Source: Trichodelitschia bisporula (Eukaryota). Taken from it: a DNA stretch of 64,000 nt. The stretch is from positions 805,224 to 869,223 of the forward strand of contig ML996694.1 of assembly GCA_010356995.1 (NCBI GenBank). Reading direction: 5' to 3'. Each line of letters begins with the position of its first letter. Position 1 is the stretch's first letter. Positions 1-9,472 of the stretch are shown here, piece by piece. The position numbers and the translations under genes were made by a program. Under the pieces are notes generated by a model. The model saw only the letters and a list, made by a program, of their open reading frames with translations. It was not told the DNA's origin and made no database searches.

Positions 1-151
1 GATGCTCACCGAATGCGTCAAGAATTCTGAGGAACTCTACACTTATGTTGTGGGTCCGGACAAGCGCGGCTTCTGTACCTCCAGCGAGTGGGAAATGTTG
101 GAGGGCAAGATCACCCAGCTTAATACATCTCCTTTTCTGCTCAGACGGTAA
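1..151 (+). CDS. Tandem-array paralogue 0 (3' part only, cut by window edge)
   Basis: Frame from nt 2 reads LTECVKNSEELYTYVVGPDKRGFCTSSEWEML, matching the C-terminal half of the downstream copies; stop TAA at 149-151. Confidence 0.75.
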   Translation, partial: MLTECVKNSEELYTYVVGPDKRGFCTSSEWEMLEGKITQLNTSPFLLRR

Positions 152-545
152 GCGGCTGTCACATACTGTAGATTGATGGCTAAATCAGGTTTAGATTTTT
201 GACTCGACCTACGACTTTTCGCGGTCATTACTCGATATAGAAGGTAGCTCGATGAAATACAATCTTGATGTTGCTGACACTGCTTTTCGTGAGGTTGTGC
301 ATAAGGAGTGGATGCGGCTTGGGGTTGCCACATCCAAGAGCTGGGCGGAAATATGATGAGCGCCCCCCTCTAAAAAGTTGCAGCCGACTTTTGCTCCGGC
401 TTTGCGGAGTAAGAAGCAGAAACTATCGGAGAGGCGCTCATTATTCACGCCCTTCCCCGCAGTTAGCTCCCAACGCACGACAACTGCACATCCACATTGG
501 ACTCTCTTCGTTCGGCTCAGCTACTGCAAATTCTTCAAAATCTTC

Positions 546-947
546 ATGTCGGACGAGCCTGTAGAAGGGCTCCACGAGCAGCTTTGCGATCTTAGTCGCT
601 CGTGCAGGAGAATTTTGAAAGTCCATACGCCTTGTGGAAAAGCACTTCAAGGGCAAAAATTATCCTGTCTTAAGCTCGAGGCTGAGGAAATGTTTACGTC
701 GCTATCCGATTTCTTAGCCGATCTTAAGAACCGGAAAGAGATCGCCAATCAGGAGTCACATACTCAGGCTATTGAGGCGCTCACCGAATGCGTCAACAGC
801 TCTGAGAAACTCTATATTCATATTACGGGTCTGGACAAACGCGGGTTATGCACGTCCGAAGAATGGGGCGTGCTTGAACAGGCGTATGATACCCTCTGGT
901 GGGATCTCGGCCACCTTCTTGTCTACGGGTCCGAAAGAAAATTGTAA
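546..947 (+). CDS. Tandem-array paralogue 1, small helical protein of unknown function
   Basis: MSDEP...GQKLSCLKLEAEEMFTSLSDFL...LTECVNSSEKLY...GLDKRGLCTSEEW. The ATG sits in the shared atcttcATGtc context. Confidence 0.8.
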   Translation: MSDEPVEGLHEQLCDLSRSCRRILKVHTPCGKALQGQKLSCLKLEAEEMFTSLSDFLADLKNRKEIANQESHTQAIEALTECVNSSEKLYIHITGLDKRGLCTSEEWGVLEQAYDTLWWDLGHLLVYGSERKL

Positions 948-1600
948 GCGGCTTTCCTATTCCGCAGATGAATGACTGAACCAGGGTGGCATTTAGTAGA
1001 ACTGTGAGTGGGAGAATGGACAGAGAGAGAGTGTGGGTTCCTCGTTAGGGATGAGCCTTCTTTTGCCTGCGTAGGAGAAAAACGGGCGGATAGCTGCTGG
1101 ACTTATCCCGAAAGGTTGCAAGGGCTACTCGATGTAGGAGGCAGCTCGATGGAGTATAATCTTGATGGTGCTGATGGTACTGCTTTTCGCCAGGTTGCGC
1201 GTAGGCAGATGATGCGGCTTGGGGGCACACGGCAGAAGAAAAAAGTGTCTCGCAAAGCCGCCGCTTTCACACTCAAGACCGACAGGTCCGCGACGACATT
1301 ACGACCGCAACGAGCGATAGATAAATGTACAAGTTTGGTCAGCGGATGCATCCGGATGTTGGGACTAGGCCTAATAGGTTTATCTAGTTTCTTTGCGTTG
1401 TTGCGAGCTGATATCCTTTTTAAGCTCATCGTATGGGTCATTTTTCTTCTACCATGTGGAGGATACCACGACTTAAACCTCCACAGACAACACCCTAAAT
1501 ATTCCGCAGTTGAAACCTTACGGCACCCGGACCACGACAACAGCCTTTCTATGTTGAACCTTTGCTCATTACTCTTCGTTACGCATTGATCGCAGTCTCG

Positions 1601-2053
1601 ATGTCGGTGCCACTTTCAAAAGAGCTCTTCGACCTCACTGTATCGTGCGAAGACACTGTCGTCTGTATACATACTCTGGAATTACAGTATGGGAAGCCAC
1701 CCGACGAGCGAAAACTTTCCGATTTTCAGCTAGAGATTGAGGAAGTGTGGGCGTCACTGTCCGATTTCCTTGCCATATTCGAAGCTCGGCATGATGCCGC
1801 CGGTCAGGAGTCATATGCTACGACTATTAAGCTGCTCAGCGCATGTATAGAGTACTCCAAAGAACTCCATACTCATATGACGGATCTGCACAAACGCCGT
1901 TCATGTACGGAGAAGGAGTGGGAGGTGTTGCGCCTTGTGTTGTACAAGCTTTGGGATAGTCTTAGTGATATCGGACATCTACATATCGGATACTCATATA
2001 TAAAAGGCTGTCACCCTAGCGCAGGTCGAAAGCTAAACCAGGTGTATATCTAG
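1601..2053 (+). CDS. Tandem-array paralogue 2
   Basis: KLSDFQLEIEEVWASLSDFL...LSACIEYSKELH...LHKRRSCTEKEW aligns with the other copies. Confidence 0.75.
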   Translation: MSVPLSKELFDLTVSCEDTVVCIHTLELQYGKPPDERKLSDFQLEIEEVWASLSDFLAIFEARHDAAGQESYATTIKLLSACIEYSKELHTHMTDLHKRRSCTEKEWEVLRLVLYKLWDSLSDIGHLHIGYSYIKGCHPSAGRKLNQVYI

Positions 2054-2517
2054 GGAAACTCAGTCCCAGAGTGAAGAGCAAGTCCTCAGTTCGCGAAACG
2101 GCTCGAGTAATCCCCACCAGGCCAAGGACTGCGCGAAAAAACCCATAACACATCCCCATTGCGTATGAGTGTTCTTTTGGCTGCATAAGAGGAGAACAGG
2201 CAAGCTCAAGCGCGGGTGGGGTAGTTGCCTCAATGCAAAAGATTGCAAGCGGCTTATGAAGAAGGGAGACCGAGGAAATTCGATGTTGTGTTGATAATGG
2301 CACTGCTTTCAGCGAGGTACGCAGAAGCGATGGGCGCCCATCACTTTTCCGCCCAGCTCTCAGTTCAAGTTCCCTGTTTATATTTTATGTAAGATCGCTG
2401 GAAACACTTCGTCAATGACCCCGCAGTTTGAGCCTCATGGCATGCAACGCACGACAACCACCACTCCTACGTTGGATTCGCGCCGCTACGCTTTGCTACG
2501 CAATTATCGCAATCTTC

Positions 2518-2922
2518 ATGTCGGAGCCACTTTTAAAAGGGATTACGGACCTCCTTGATGTCTGTGTGGAGTCATTCAATACGGTCCTTGTGCACTGGAG
2601 AGCTATGGGCTGTGGCAAGCCACTCGACGGGCAAACACTATCCGATCTTAAGCTCGAGACCGAGGAACTGTTTATGGTACTGCCCGATTTCTTGGCCGAG
2701 CTCAAAGATGAGCAAAAGGCTACCAGTCAGGGGTGGTATGATCCGGTCATCGACTTGCTCACCAGATGCACACAGAGCTCTAAGGAACTCCATACTCGCA
2801 TTACTGGTCTAGAAAAACGTCAAGGTACGCTCCAGGATTTTGCTGAGTTGAGACTAGCGATTGAGGGTTTCCTCAAGTCTCATGTCGAACTTCGGAGCTA
2901 TATCAGGCTGATTGAGCGGTAA
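2518..2922 (+). CDS. Tandem-array paralogue 3
   Basis: GQTLSDLKLETEELFMVLPDFL...LTRCTQSSKELH...GLEKR. Confidence 0.8.
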   Translation: MSEPLLKGITDLLDVCVESFNTVLVHWRAMGCGKPLDGQTLSDLKLETEELFMVLPDFLAELKDEQKATSQGWYDPVIDLLTRCTQSSKELHTRITGLEKRQGTLQDFAELRLAIEGFLKSHVELRSYIRLIER

Positions 2923-3875
2923 GCGGCCATCACCCACCGCATTTCAATAACTGAACCTGGTTTCCATCTAGTGATACTCAGTCCAAGAGCAAAGATCCAG
3001 TTCCAAGTTCACGGGTCGGCTCAACTTATCCTACCTAGTCTGAAGGCCATGCGGAGAAGCCGTGGCCAGCTCCCCGTCCCCGTTAAGCATGAGCATTTTT
3101 TCGGCTGCATGGGAGAACAAGTAAGACCAAGCGCGGATGGTGTAGTTGCCTCGAACCCAAAATATTTCAAACGCTTGATGTAGGAGGAAGCTCGACAAAA
3201 TGCGATCTTGCTGTGGCCAACGACGCCATTTCCGTGAGATGCGCATAGGGCCGGGGAAGACGATGCGGCCCGAGCCGCGAACTGGGATCGGGGCCGATGT
3301 CGTCGAGTGTGGAGTTAATTTGCGGGTTGAGAGGATCGGAGACGCCCTGGAGCGAACCTGGCGTGGACGGTAAACAGCCTATTCATCATCCAAAATCCCA
3401 CTCTCTTTCAGGTTCTTGAACAGACCCGACTGAAGAAACTTGCTGATTGTGATGTCCTCCGCTAACCTCCTGCCGCCATCGCGTCTTGAGCATCAGTTTG
3501 CACACCGCAGCCTGCGCAGAAGCGGGCTCAAGCGGCTGGAGCTCGACTGCGGCCTTTCCCCATGGCCCTTCGTCTGTCTCTGTGGTGGCTTGTGTTAAGC
3601 TCCAGCGGTGCCGTATCTTCGAAAACGTGTGCAGAACTGAATGAGAACGCAGCAAACACGGTGACGGAACTATGGATTGTCAACCAATTGCCTTGACCAG
3701 ACTTTAATGAAGAGTTCACCAAGCTCGCTGTCCTTCAAGCAAAAGCCCGCATGTGCCAAGACCCATCTGAGTCATCTACACGGTCGCCCCCTTCAGCAGC
3801 TTGGGAAAGACATCACACTTCCACGTTGGACGTTCGTTGTGACGCTTAGCTCACCACGCACTCGTCGCGATTTTG

Positions 3876-4241
3876 ATGTCGGAACTACTTGCAAAGCAGC
3901 TTAAGGAACTCTCTGGATCGTGTGATGAAATTCTGAGAACGCTATACCCTGGGGTCGACGGTGACACGCGGCAGCCGCCAGGCTACTGGGAGCTTGAGAC
4001 TGAGGAAGTGTATACGATGCTATCCGATTTCTTCACCGAGCTCAAAGATCGACAAGAGACCACCAATCAAAAGCTTTGCGCCCCGGGCATTACCCAATGC
4101 ATAATGGAATCCAAGGATCTCTATACTTACACCGCGGATCTGGCCAAACGCCGTTCATCCACATCCCACGAGTTCGAGAAGTGGAGTAGATTGCTTGCCC
4201 AGCTTCGGTGGTCTCTTTGGCGGCTCAGGGTATTACTCTGA
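3876..4241 (+). CDS. Tandem-array paralogue 4
   Basis: ELETEEVYTMLSDFFTELKDR...ITQCIMESKDLY...LAKRRSSTSHEF. Confidence 0.75.
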   Translation: MSELLAKQLKELSGSCDEILRTLYPGVDGDTRQPPGYWELETEEVYTMLSDFFTELKDRQETTNQKLCAPGITQCIMESKDLYTYTADLAKRRSSTSHEFEKWSRLLAQLRWSLWRLRVLL

Positions 4242-4864
4242 GACTGATCAATACTGTATAGGTTAGTGGCCAATACCTCCATGAGCATGCCCTAACCGTT
4301 CCTGCAGGGGAGACCGAAGGCCGCCCGAAAGACCGGGACACGCTCCGAGGGGTCGTGAGGATGCAGTTTTGCTGAGTGGGAGGTCAAGCTCGATGTTGGA
4401 GGCAGAACGACATATGGTCCCTGGACCTAGGTCAATGCCTGCATCATATAATGTTCTCGGCGTACCGAGTTCCGAGTTTAAAGTAAAGCTCAACATAATG
4501 ACAAAAAACCCAAGTTCGCTCGGGAATGACCCAGATTCCGAGTCCCCTTGGGAGGGGTCTCTCCCTACGGTATGTACGGTACATGGGCGTATGGATGGTA
4601 GCTCCCGCTCGCGTGGGCGCACAGGAAAACCGTCGATAGAATCCTTCCAGCAAAGCCAGTATCCTCCTGCCGAATACCTTTTTACCTTGTCACTCATGAT
4701 TCGCCACTTCACTCACTCGTGCCGCCTAAGGCATACCTGCCTAACACCACGGACAAGACTCCAACAATGACCCCGCAGCTGAGCCTCATAGCACTCGACA
4801 CACAACTGCACTCCACCTTGCATGGTTCGCCGTTACTCTTCGCTACGCACTCATTGCGATCTTC

Positions 4865-5233
4865 ATGTCGGACTCGCTTTCAGCACAACTTCGCGAGCTT
4901 TATGACTGCTTTGCAACCGCTCTATCCCCTATACCCTGTTACAAGCTACTCCAGGGGCAAAAACTATCCGATTACAAGCTGGAGGCGGAGGAAGTGTTTA
5001 TGACGTTATCCGATTTTTTCACTGAGTTCAAAGATCGGCCAGAGGTCACTAGTCGGGATATTAGCCGGTTCACAGAGTGCGTAAAGAGCTCCGAGGATCT
5101 CTATACTTTTCTTGGAGGACTAGACAAACGCGGTTTATGTACGTCCTTCGAGGCAGAAGAATTGTCGACGATACACTTCGATTTTCGGTGGTCTCTTCGC
5201 CACCTCAGGCGCATCGCCAGAACTACAAGAAAG
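4865..5233 (+). CDS. Tandem-array paralogue 5 (homologous exon; 3' end uncertain)
   Basis: GQKLSDYKLEAEEVFMTLSDFF...FTECVKSSEDLY...GLDKRGLCTS. A GTAAGC donor-like site is at 5234; the unspliced frame runs on to 5536. Confidence 0.75.
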
Positions 5234-5908
5234 GTAAGCGGCGGTCACGTATTACAGATAACTGCTGAACCAGGTTTGCCATTTAGAGAAAGACTCCGTG
5301 GAACTAGTGGGAACGCTTGTTCTAGGCTTTTGGATTGGCTCGCATCATCTCCACCTGGCCCGAGGGCTATGCGAAAAGTTCGTGGCGCCCCCCAGGGATC
5401 GCAAGGATGCTTTTGGCTGAGTAGGAGGGGATCGGATTCGATGCAGGAGGCAGAAGGACGAGATACTGGCTGGATGTTGCTGATGACATGGTCTAGTGAG
5501 GTACCTTATGCGTGTGCCAGAACGTACTGCACGTAGGTCTTGCAGGCGTGCCACGACCTTTTCGGCATGCGTACCAAAGGACTCGAGCGGTTTGGTGTGG
5601 AAACCGGAAAACCTGCAGTTGCCAGTATAACTCAGAATATATACCATGTCAAGGACAGAAAGAAAAGAGAGAGTGATAACGGAGCAAGCCTTCATCATCG
5701 AGCATGGGCTTGGCTTTCAAGCCTGAGGCGTTCAGGTGGCGTTCAGCGACTTCACGGTGGCTCAGCTCAACAGGTGTTCATCTTGACAACCTCAGTTCCG
5801 TAAGCAAGACTCCAGCCAAAACCCCGCAGATGAGCCTCAAAACACCCGACGCACAACCGCACTTCCAAGTTAAACTTTTGCCCTTACACTTCACTCATTG
5901 CAATCTTG

Positions 5909-6278
5909 ATGTTGCAGCTACTTTCAGATCAGCTCGACGACCTCTACAAATCGTGCTCCGTTATTCTGGGTCCGATACCCTGTTCAAAGGAGCTCCAAGG
6001 TCAGAAACTATCTGATCTTAAGCTGAAGACGGAAGAAGTCAATGCGATGATGTCAGATTTCTTAACTGAGCTTGAAAATCGGCAAAAGGCTGAGAATCAG
6101 GAGTTTTATGCTGAGGCCATCAAGGGGCTTACCCCATGCGTAGAGGACTCTAAGAAAATTTATACCTCTTGTTACGGGCATGGACAAACGCGGTTTGTGC
6201 ACGACTAGCGAGTGGGAAATATTATTCGGCGCGTGGGTCGATTTTTTCATGGATGTGTTTGCCCACCACCCCGAGTAA
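5909..6278 (+). pseudogene. Tandem-array paralogue 6, frameshifted
   Basis: Homology runs to ...SKKIYT (~6166), then continues in a +1 frame as VTGMDKRGLCTTSEWEIL...HHPE* (stop 6276-6278). Confidence 0.7.
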
Positions 6279-7621
6279 GCTACTATCGCGGATCTCAGAT
6301 CAATACTCCGCAGCTGACCTAGGTTAGCATGCAGCGAAGCCCGGACCGTGAGGAAAGCTAGTTCTATTCTTTTCAACCTTCAGTGATCTATTTGGGTGCT
6401 CAGGGTATGCGCTGAGATTGAGGAATACTGTATAGGTAAGTGGACAATACCTACATGAGCATACTCTCACCGTTCCTTCAAGAGAGACCGAGGGCTACCC
6501 GGAAAGACATGTCCGCCCTGCCTGGGTATCTTTACGACCGGGGGGAAGCCACCGCCTTTGCAGCTGCCCGTGGACCCCAGACTATGCGAAGAAGTCGTGG
6601 GACCCTCCGGTGGATAGTTCGGATGCTTTTGCCGGAACGGCACGAGACCGGACTCGGTGTAGACAGAACGCCGAAACACCCAGTTGATCTTACCAACGAC
6701 ACTTTAGTGAGGTACCATACGCGTGTGCCTCAGTACGCATAGGCCTTGGGTGGGATGCCCGGGCCTTCTCAGTACGTCAAGTTCACGACACCCAGGCTGG
6801 ATACCTTCAAGCACGAAGTTCGTCGACACGCCTCCGGCGCGGTTCGGCAAGCCTGTGCTTGCCGAAGAAATGGATTGGCGTCCGGTCTACTGTCATGAAT
6901 AAGCTGGTCTGCGAGCGGCAGTTTAAGTCAGGGGATGTGGTGGAAGGAAATGGGACTGACGCTGGGCTGATAAAAGGAACATCAACTTGCAAGCAGCGTA
7001 AAGGAATTTGATAGTCATATTTGCAGTCGCGGACCTGTTGGTCTACTCTACCGCGAGAAGCGGCTTGGGTATTCCATTTTTCATCTCACCGCGCGTTCGA
7101 GTAGCTCTTCGGCAAAGGACCCGAGCAGTTTGATGTGAAACCTTTCAATTGCTAGCATAATTCGGAATACCATCCCAAGGCGAGAAAGCGACGAGAGAGT
7201 AACGACAGAACGAACACTCGCCCTCGAGCATGCGTTTGGCATGGCAAGCCACGAGAAGCCTGAGGCTTTCAGCGACTCTATTGTCTCAGCTCAGCAGCGT
7301 CCAGGCCTCAAGAATACAACCTTGAGCACAACAGAGACCATAACACCCCGAGATCCCTGCCTACAACCCCTCAAAGAACATAACAGGCTCTACACCCCGA
7401 CTCTGACCCCGGAAAGAAGACGGCGAGCAACACTAAGCGATAAGTCCAAACGGTCCGCGAAGCGGGCACCTCCACCCCGTACCGTATGTCATGGTCCCCT
7501 GACGCAGCATCCAAGAAAGACCCCGCAGCTGAGCATCAACAGCACCGCACACACAAGCGCACCTCCACGGTCGGGTTTTGGCCGCTACGGTCCGCGTCGC
7601 TACGCTCTCATTGCAATCATA

Positions 7622-8026
7622 ATGTCGGCGCCAGATGCGGATGAGATTGTTGAATTCTGTCAGTGGTGCTTCGAGATTATACATTCCATGAGAGTCTGTG
7701 CGAAGCTACTCCATGGACAGGAACTGTCCGATCTCAAACTCAGGACCGAAGAACTGCATATGATGCTGTCCGATTACTTGACTGAGCTCCAAGATAGGAA
7801 ACAGGCCTACATTGCGAAATCATGTCCTAAAGATCTTAGTGCGGCCATTAACGTTCTCACGGAATGTGTGGAGTACTCCAGGAATCTCTGTATATTCGTT
7901 GTGGGCTTGCACAAACGCGGTTTATGCACATCCCGCGAATGGGACATGCTGAAAAAGATGCTTGAAGATCTTGATTATTCTTTCGTGACGCTCAGGATAC
8001 ATCTTGGAATTCACGAATCGAGGTGA
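7622..8026 (+). CDS. Tandem-array paralogue 7
   Basis: GQELSDLKLRTEELHMMLSDYL...LTECVEYSRNL...GLHKRGLCTSREW. Confidence 0.8.
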   Translation: MSAPDADEIVEFCQWCFEIIHSMRVCAKLLHGQELSDLKLRTEELHMMLSDYLTELQDRKQAYIAKSCPKDLSAAINVLTECVEYSRNLCIFVVGLHKRGLCTSREWDMLKKMLEDLDYSFVTLRIHLGIHESR

Positions 8027-8367
8027 GCGGTCAATCCTTGCATGAGCGTCCCACTTAATTTCTGTAGGGACTACTTGAACTATCCGGAAGGCCTGGGGCG
8101 GTTTGCCCGCTACGTATATCCGCCCAAACGAGATGCATAATGTAGAGGACGATGCGAGACAGTGATGCTCCCGATTTAGACATCGATCCAATGGCGCTTG
8201 GCCTACATTGCTATGCTTCCATGCTTCCCTCCCAATACCCCGACCGGCGAAGTCACATCATCAGACTCACCATCGCTTGCACCGTTCTACAATGACATTT
8301 CCTATGCTTTGAAGGCGTTAGCTTCGAGTCTTGTGACAAAACATCGAAGAATAAGGGAGAGTTCAAA

Positions 8368-8447
8368 TCAGAAAAAGCCCGGAAAGGGCACTCTCATCAA
8401 TGCACGTGGCTATGACGACCGTCGTGAGATATAAAGAGTCTCATCAT
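8368..8447 (-). ncRNA. snR73: C/D box snoRNA, snR73 homologue
   Basis: C box AUGAUGA and D box CUGA. Guide UCUCACGACGGUC is complementary to LSU rRNA GACCGUCGUGAGA (yeast Cm2959 region). Confidence 0.85.
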
Positions 8448-8575
8448 TGAAAAGGGCAGGCAAGAAAGAGGTGCAACTTACAATTTCACTGCAAGAGCGT
8501 CCCTGCAAGAGAGACCTGGATCGGGTCAGCAAGATGCCAGCGTCCCCACGTCAAAGGATCAAAGATCGAGTCCAA

Positions 8576-8653
8576 TCAGTATCAATCGTATCGTCTTTGC
8601 CCCGGTCAAGAGGCTTGGACATATGCTTGTCATTGATTGTTGTGGATCATCAT
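8576..8653 (-). ncRNA. snR74: C/D box snoRNA, snR74 homologue
   Basis: C and D boxes present. Guide GACAAGCAUAUG is complementary to SSU rRNA CAUAUGCUUGUC (yeast Am28). Confidence 0.9.
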
Positions 8654-8765
8654 CTGGAAGGGTGTGCGGGCGCGACCGGCGAACAACGTACATTTCGGAC
8701 ACACATCTGCTTCCCAGTTAGACTCGGGCTACAAATCGCAAGAAGCTCGAGTTCAAAGGCATTGT

Positions 8766-8846
8766 TCAGAAAAGGCATGAATGGTATAAAAAAAATTGTA
8801 TCTTCAACCCAAACGGGATTCAGACTCGTCATCTTGTGTTCATCAT
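8766..8846 (-). ncRNA. snR75: C/D box snoRNA, snR75 homologue
   Basis: C box; AGAUGACGAG-U-CUGA (D') is complementary to LSU CUCGUCAUCU (yeast Gm2288); 3' CCAUUCAUGC element before the D box. Confidence 0.9.
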
Positions 8847-8978
8847 ACAAAAAAAGAGCAAAGAGAGACCAGAGTGTAGCATACCATTACACGCCCAGCG
8901 CGGGACCGATTGCCTGTCTTGTTCAACCATAAGCAGTGTCCACATTGACAAGCGACATTGTCCAGTGGTGATTGTAAA

Positions 8979-9057
8979 TCAGTGGGCGAGGTTTTCTAGG
9001 CCTGCCACAAAAGGCATATCCAATCATGAATGTTCGGAGCCCAGTGCCATTCATCAT
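8979..9057 (-). ncRNA. snR76: C/D box snoRNA, snR76 homologue
   Basis: C and D boxes present. GCACUGGGC-U-CCGA (D') is complementary to LSU GCCCAGUGC (yeast Cm2197). Confidence 0.85.
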
Positions 9058-9149
9058 GCGAGAAGACGGGTGGTGAAAAGGGTGTCATACAATTCTGCAG
9101 TTCATTAGCATGTGTAGGCAGCATGAACATGAAGGTGAAGGTGATGAAG

Positions 9150-9243
9150 TGAGCTCAGAAACAGCCTCTGTTGTCTTCTGCGGCCGAAGCCTCGGACGGT
9201 AATTTCCAGCAATGTAGATCATTGTTGAAGTCATCATCGCTCA
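9150..9243 (-). ncRNA. snR77: C/D box snoRNA, snR77 homologue
   Basis: Terminal stem UGAGC/GCUCA and C/D boxes. GCUGGAAAUUACCG-U-CCGA pairs with SSU CGGUAAUUCCAGC (yeast Um578) with one bulged A. Confidence 0.85.
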
Positions 9244-9394
9244 GGGGGGTGGGTGGTTGGGAGAGAAGGAAATGCGAAACGTACCATAAGAGCAAATTTT
9301 GCAGGCGACGCGACTGTTAGCATTCTAGAAGCTGCACGACCTGTCAGCAAATGTGCTCTTGCGACAATGAGCAAGTCTTGAGTGCTGAGAAGTC

Positions 9395-9472
9395 TCAGAC
9401 TGACGTGATAAACAAAGTTTCATTCCCGGGAAGGGTCAAAGACTCTAGTTTGCGGTTGTTGTATATCATCAC
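9395..9472 (-). ncRNA. snR78: C/D box snoRNA, snR78 homologue with an additional snR72-type guide
   Basis: C box GUGAUGA. CAAACUAGAGUC-U-UUGA pairs with LSU GACUCUAGUUUG (yeast Um2421). The 3' CACGUCAG-U-CUGA pairs with LSU CUGACGUG (yeast Am876). Confidence 0.85.

Noticed and set aside
1008..1589. 193-aa ORF with a hydrophobic stretch as an independent gene
   Set aside because: Non-ATG start; the frame is not conserved in the other array units apart from one short block.
7241..7621. N-terminal extensions of array ORFs in the track (also 378-545 and 2428-2517)
   Set aside because: Protein homology and the shared ATG context start at the internal ATG; upstream frames are not conserved.
8150..8270. 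Possible seventh intron with a separate snR72 (GTGAGT donor-like site at 8270, minus strand)
   Set aside because: No convincing C/D pair, rRNA guide or branch site was found.
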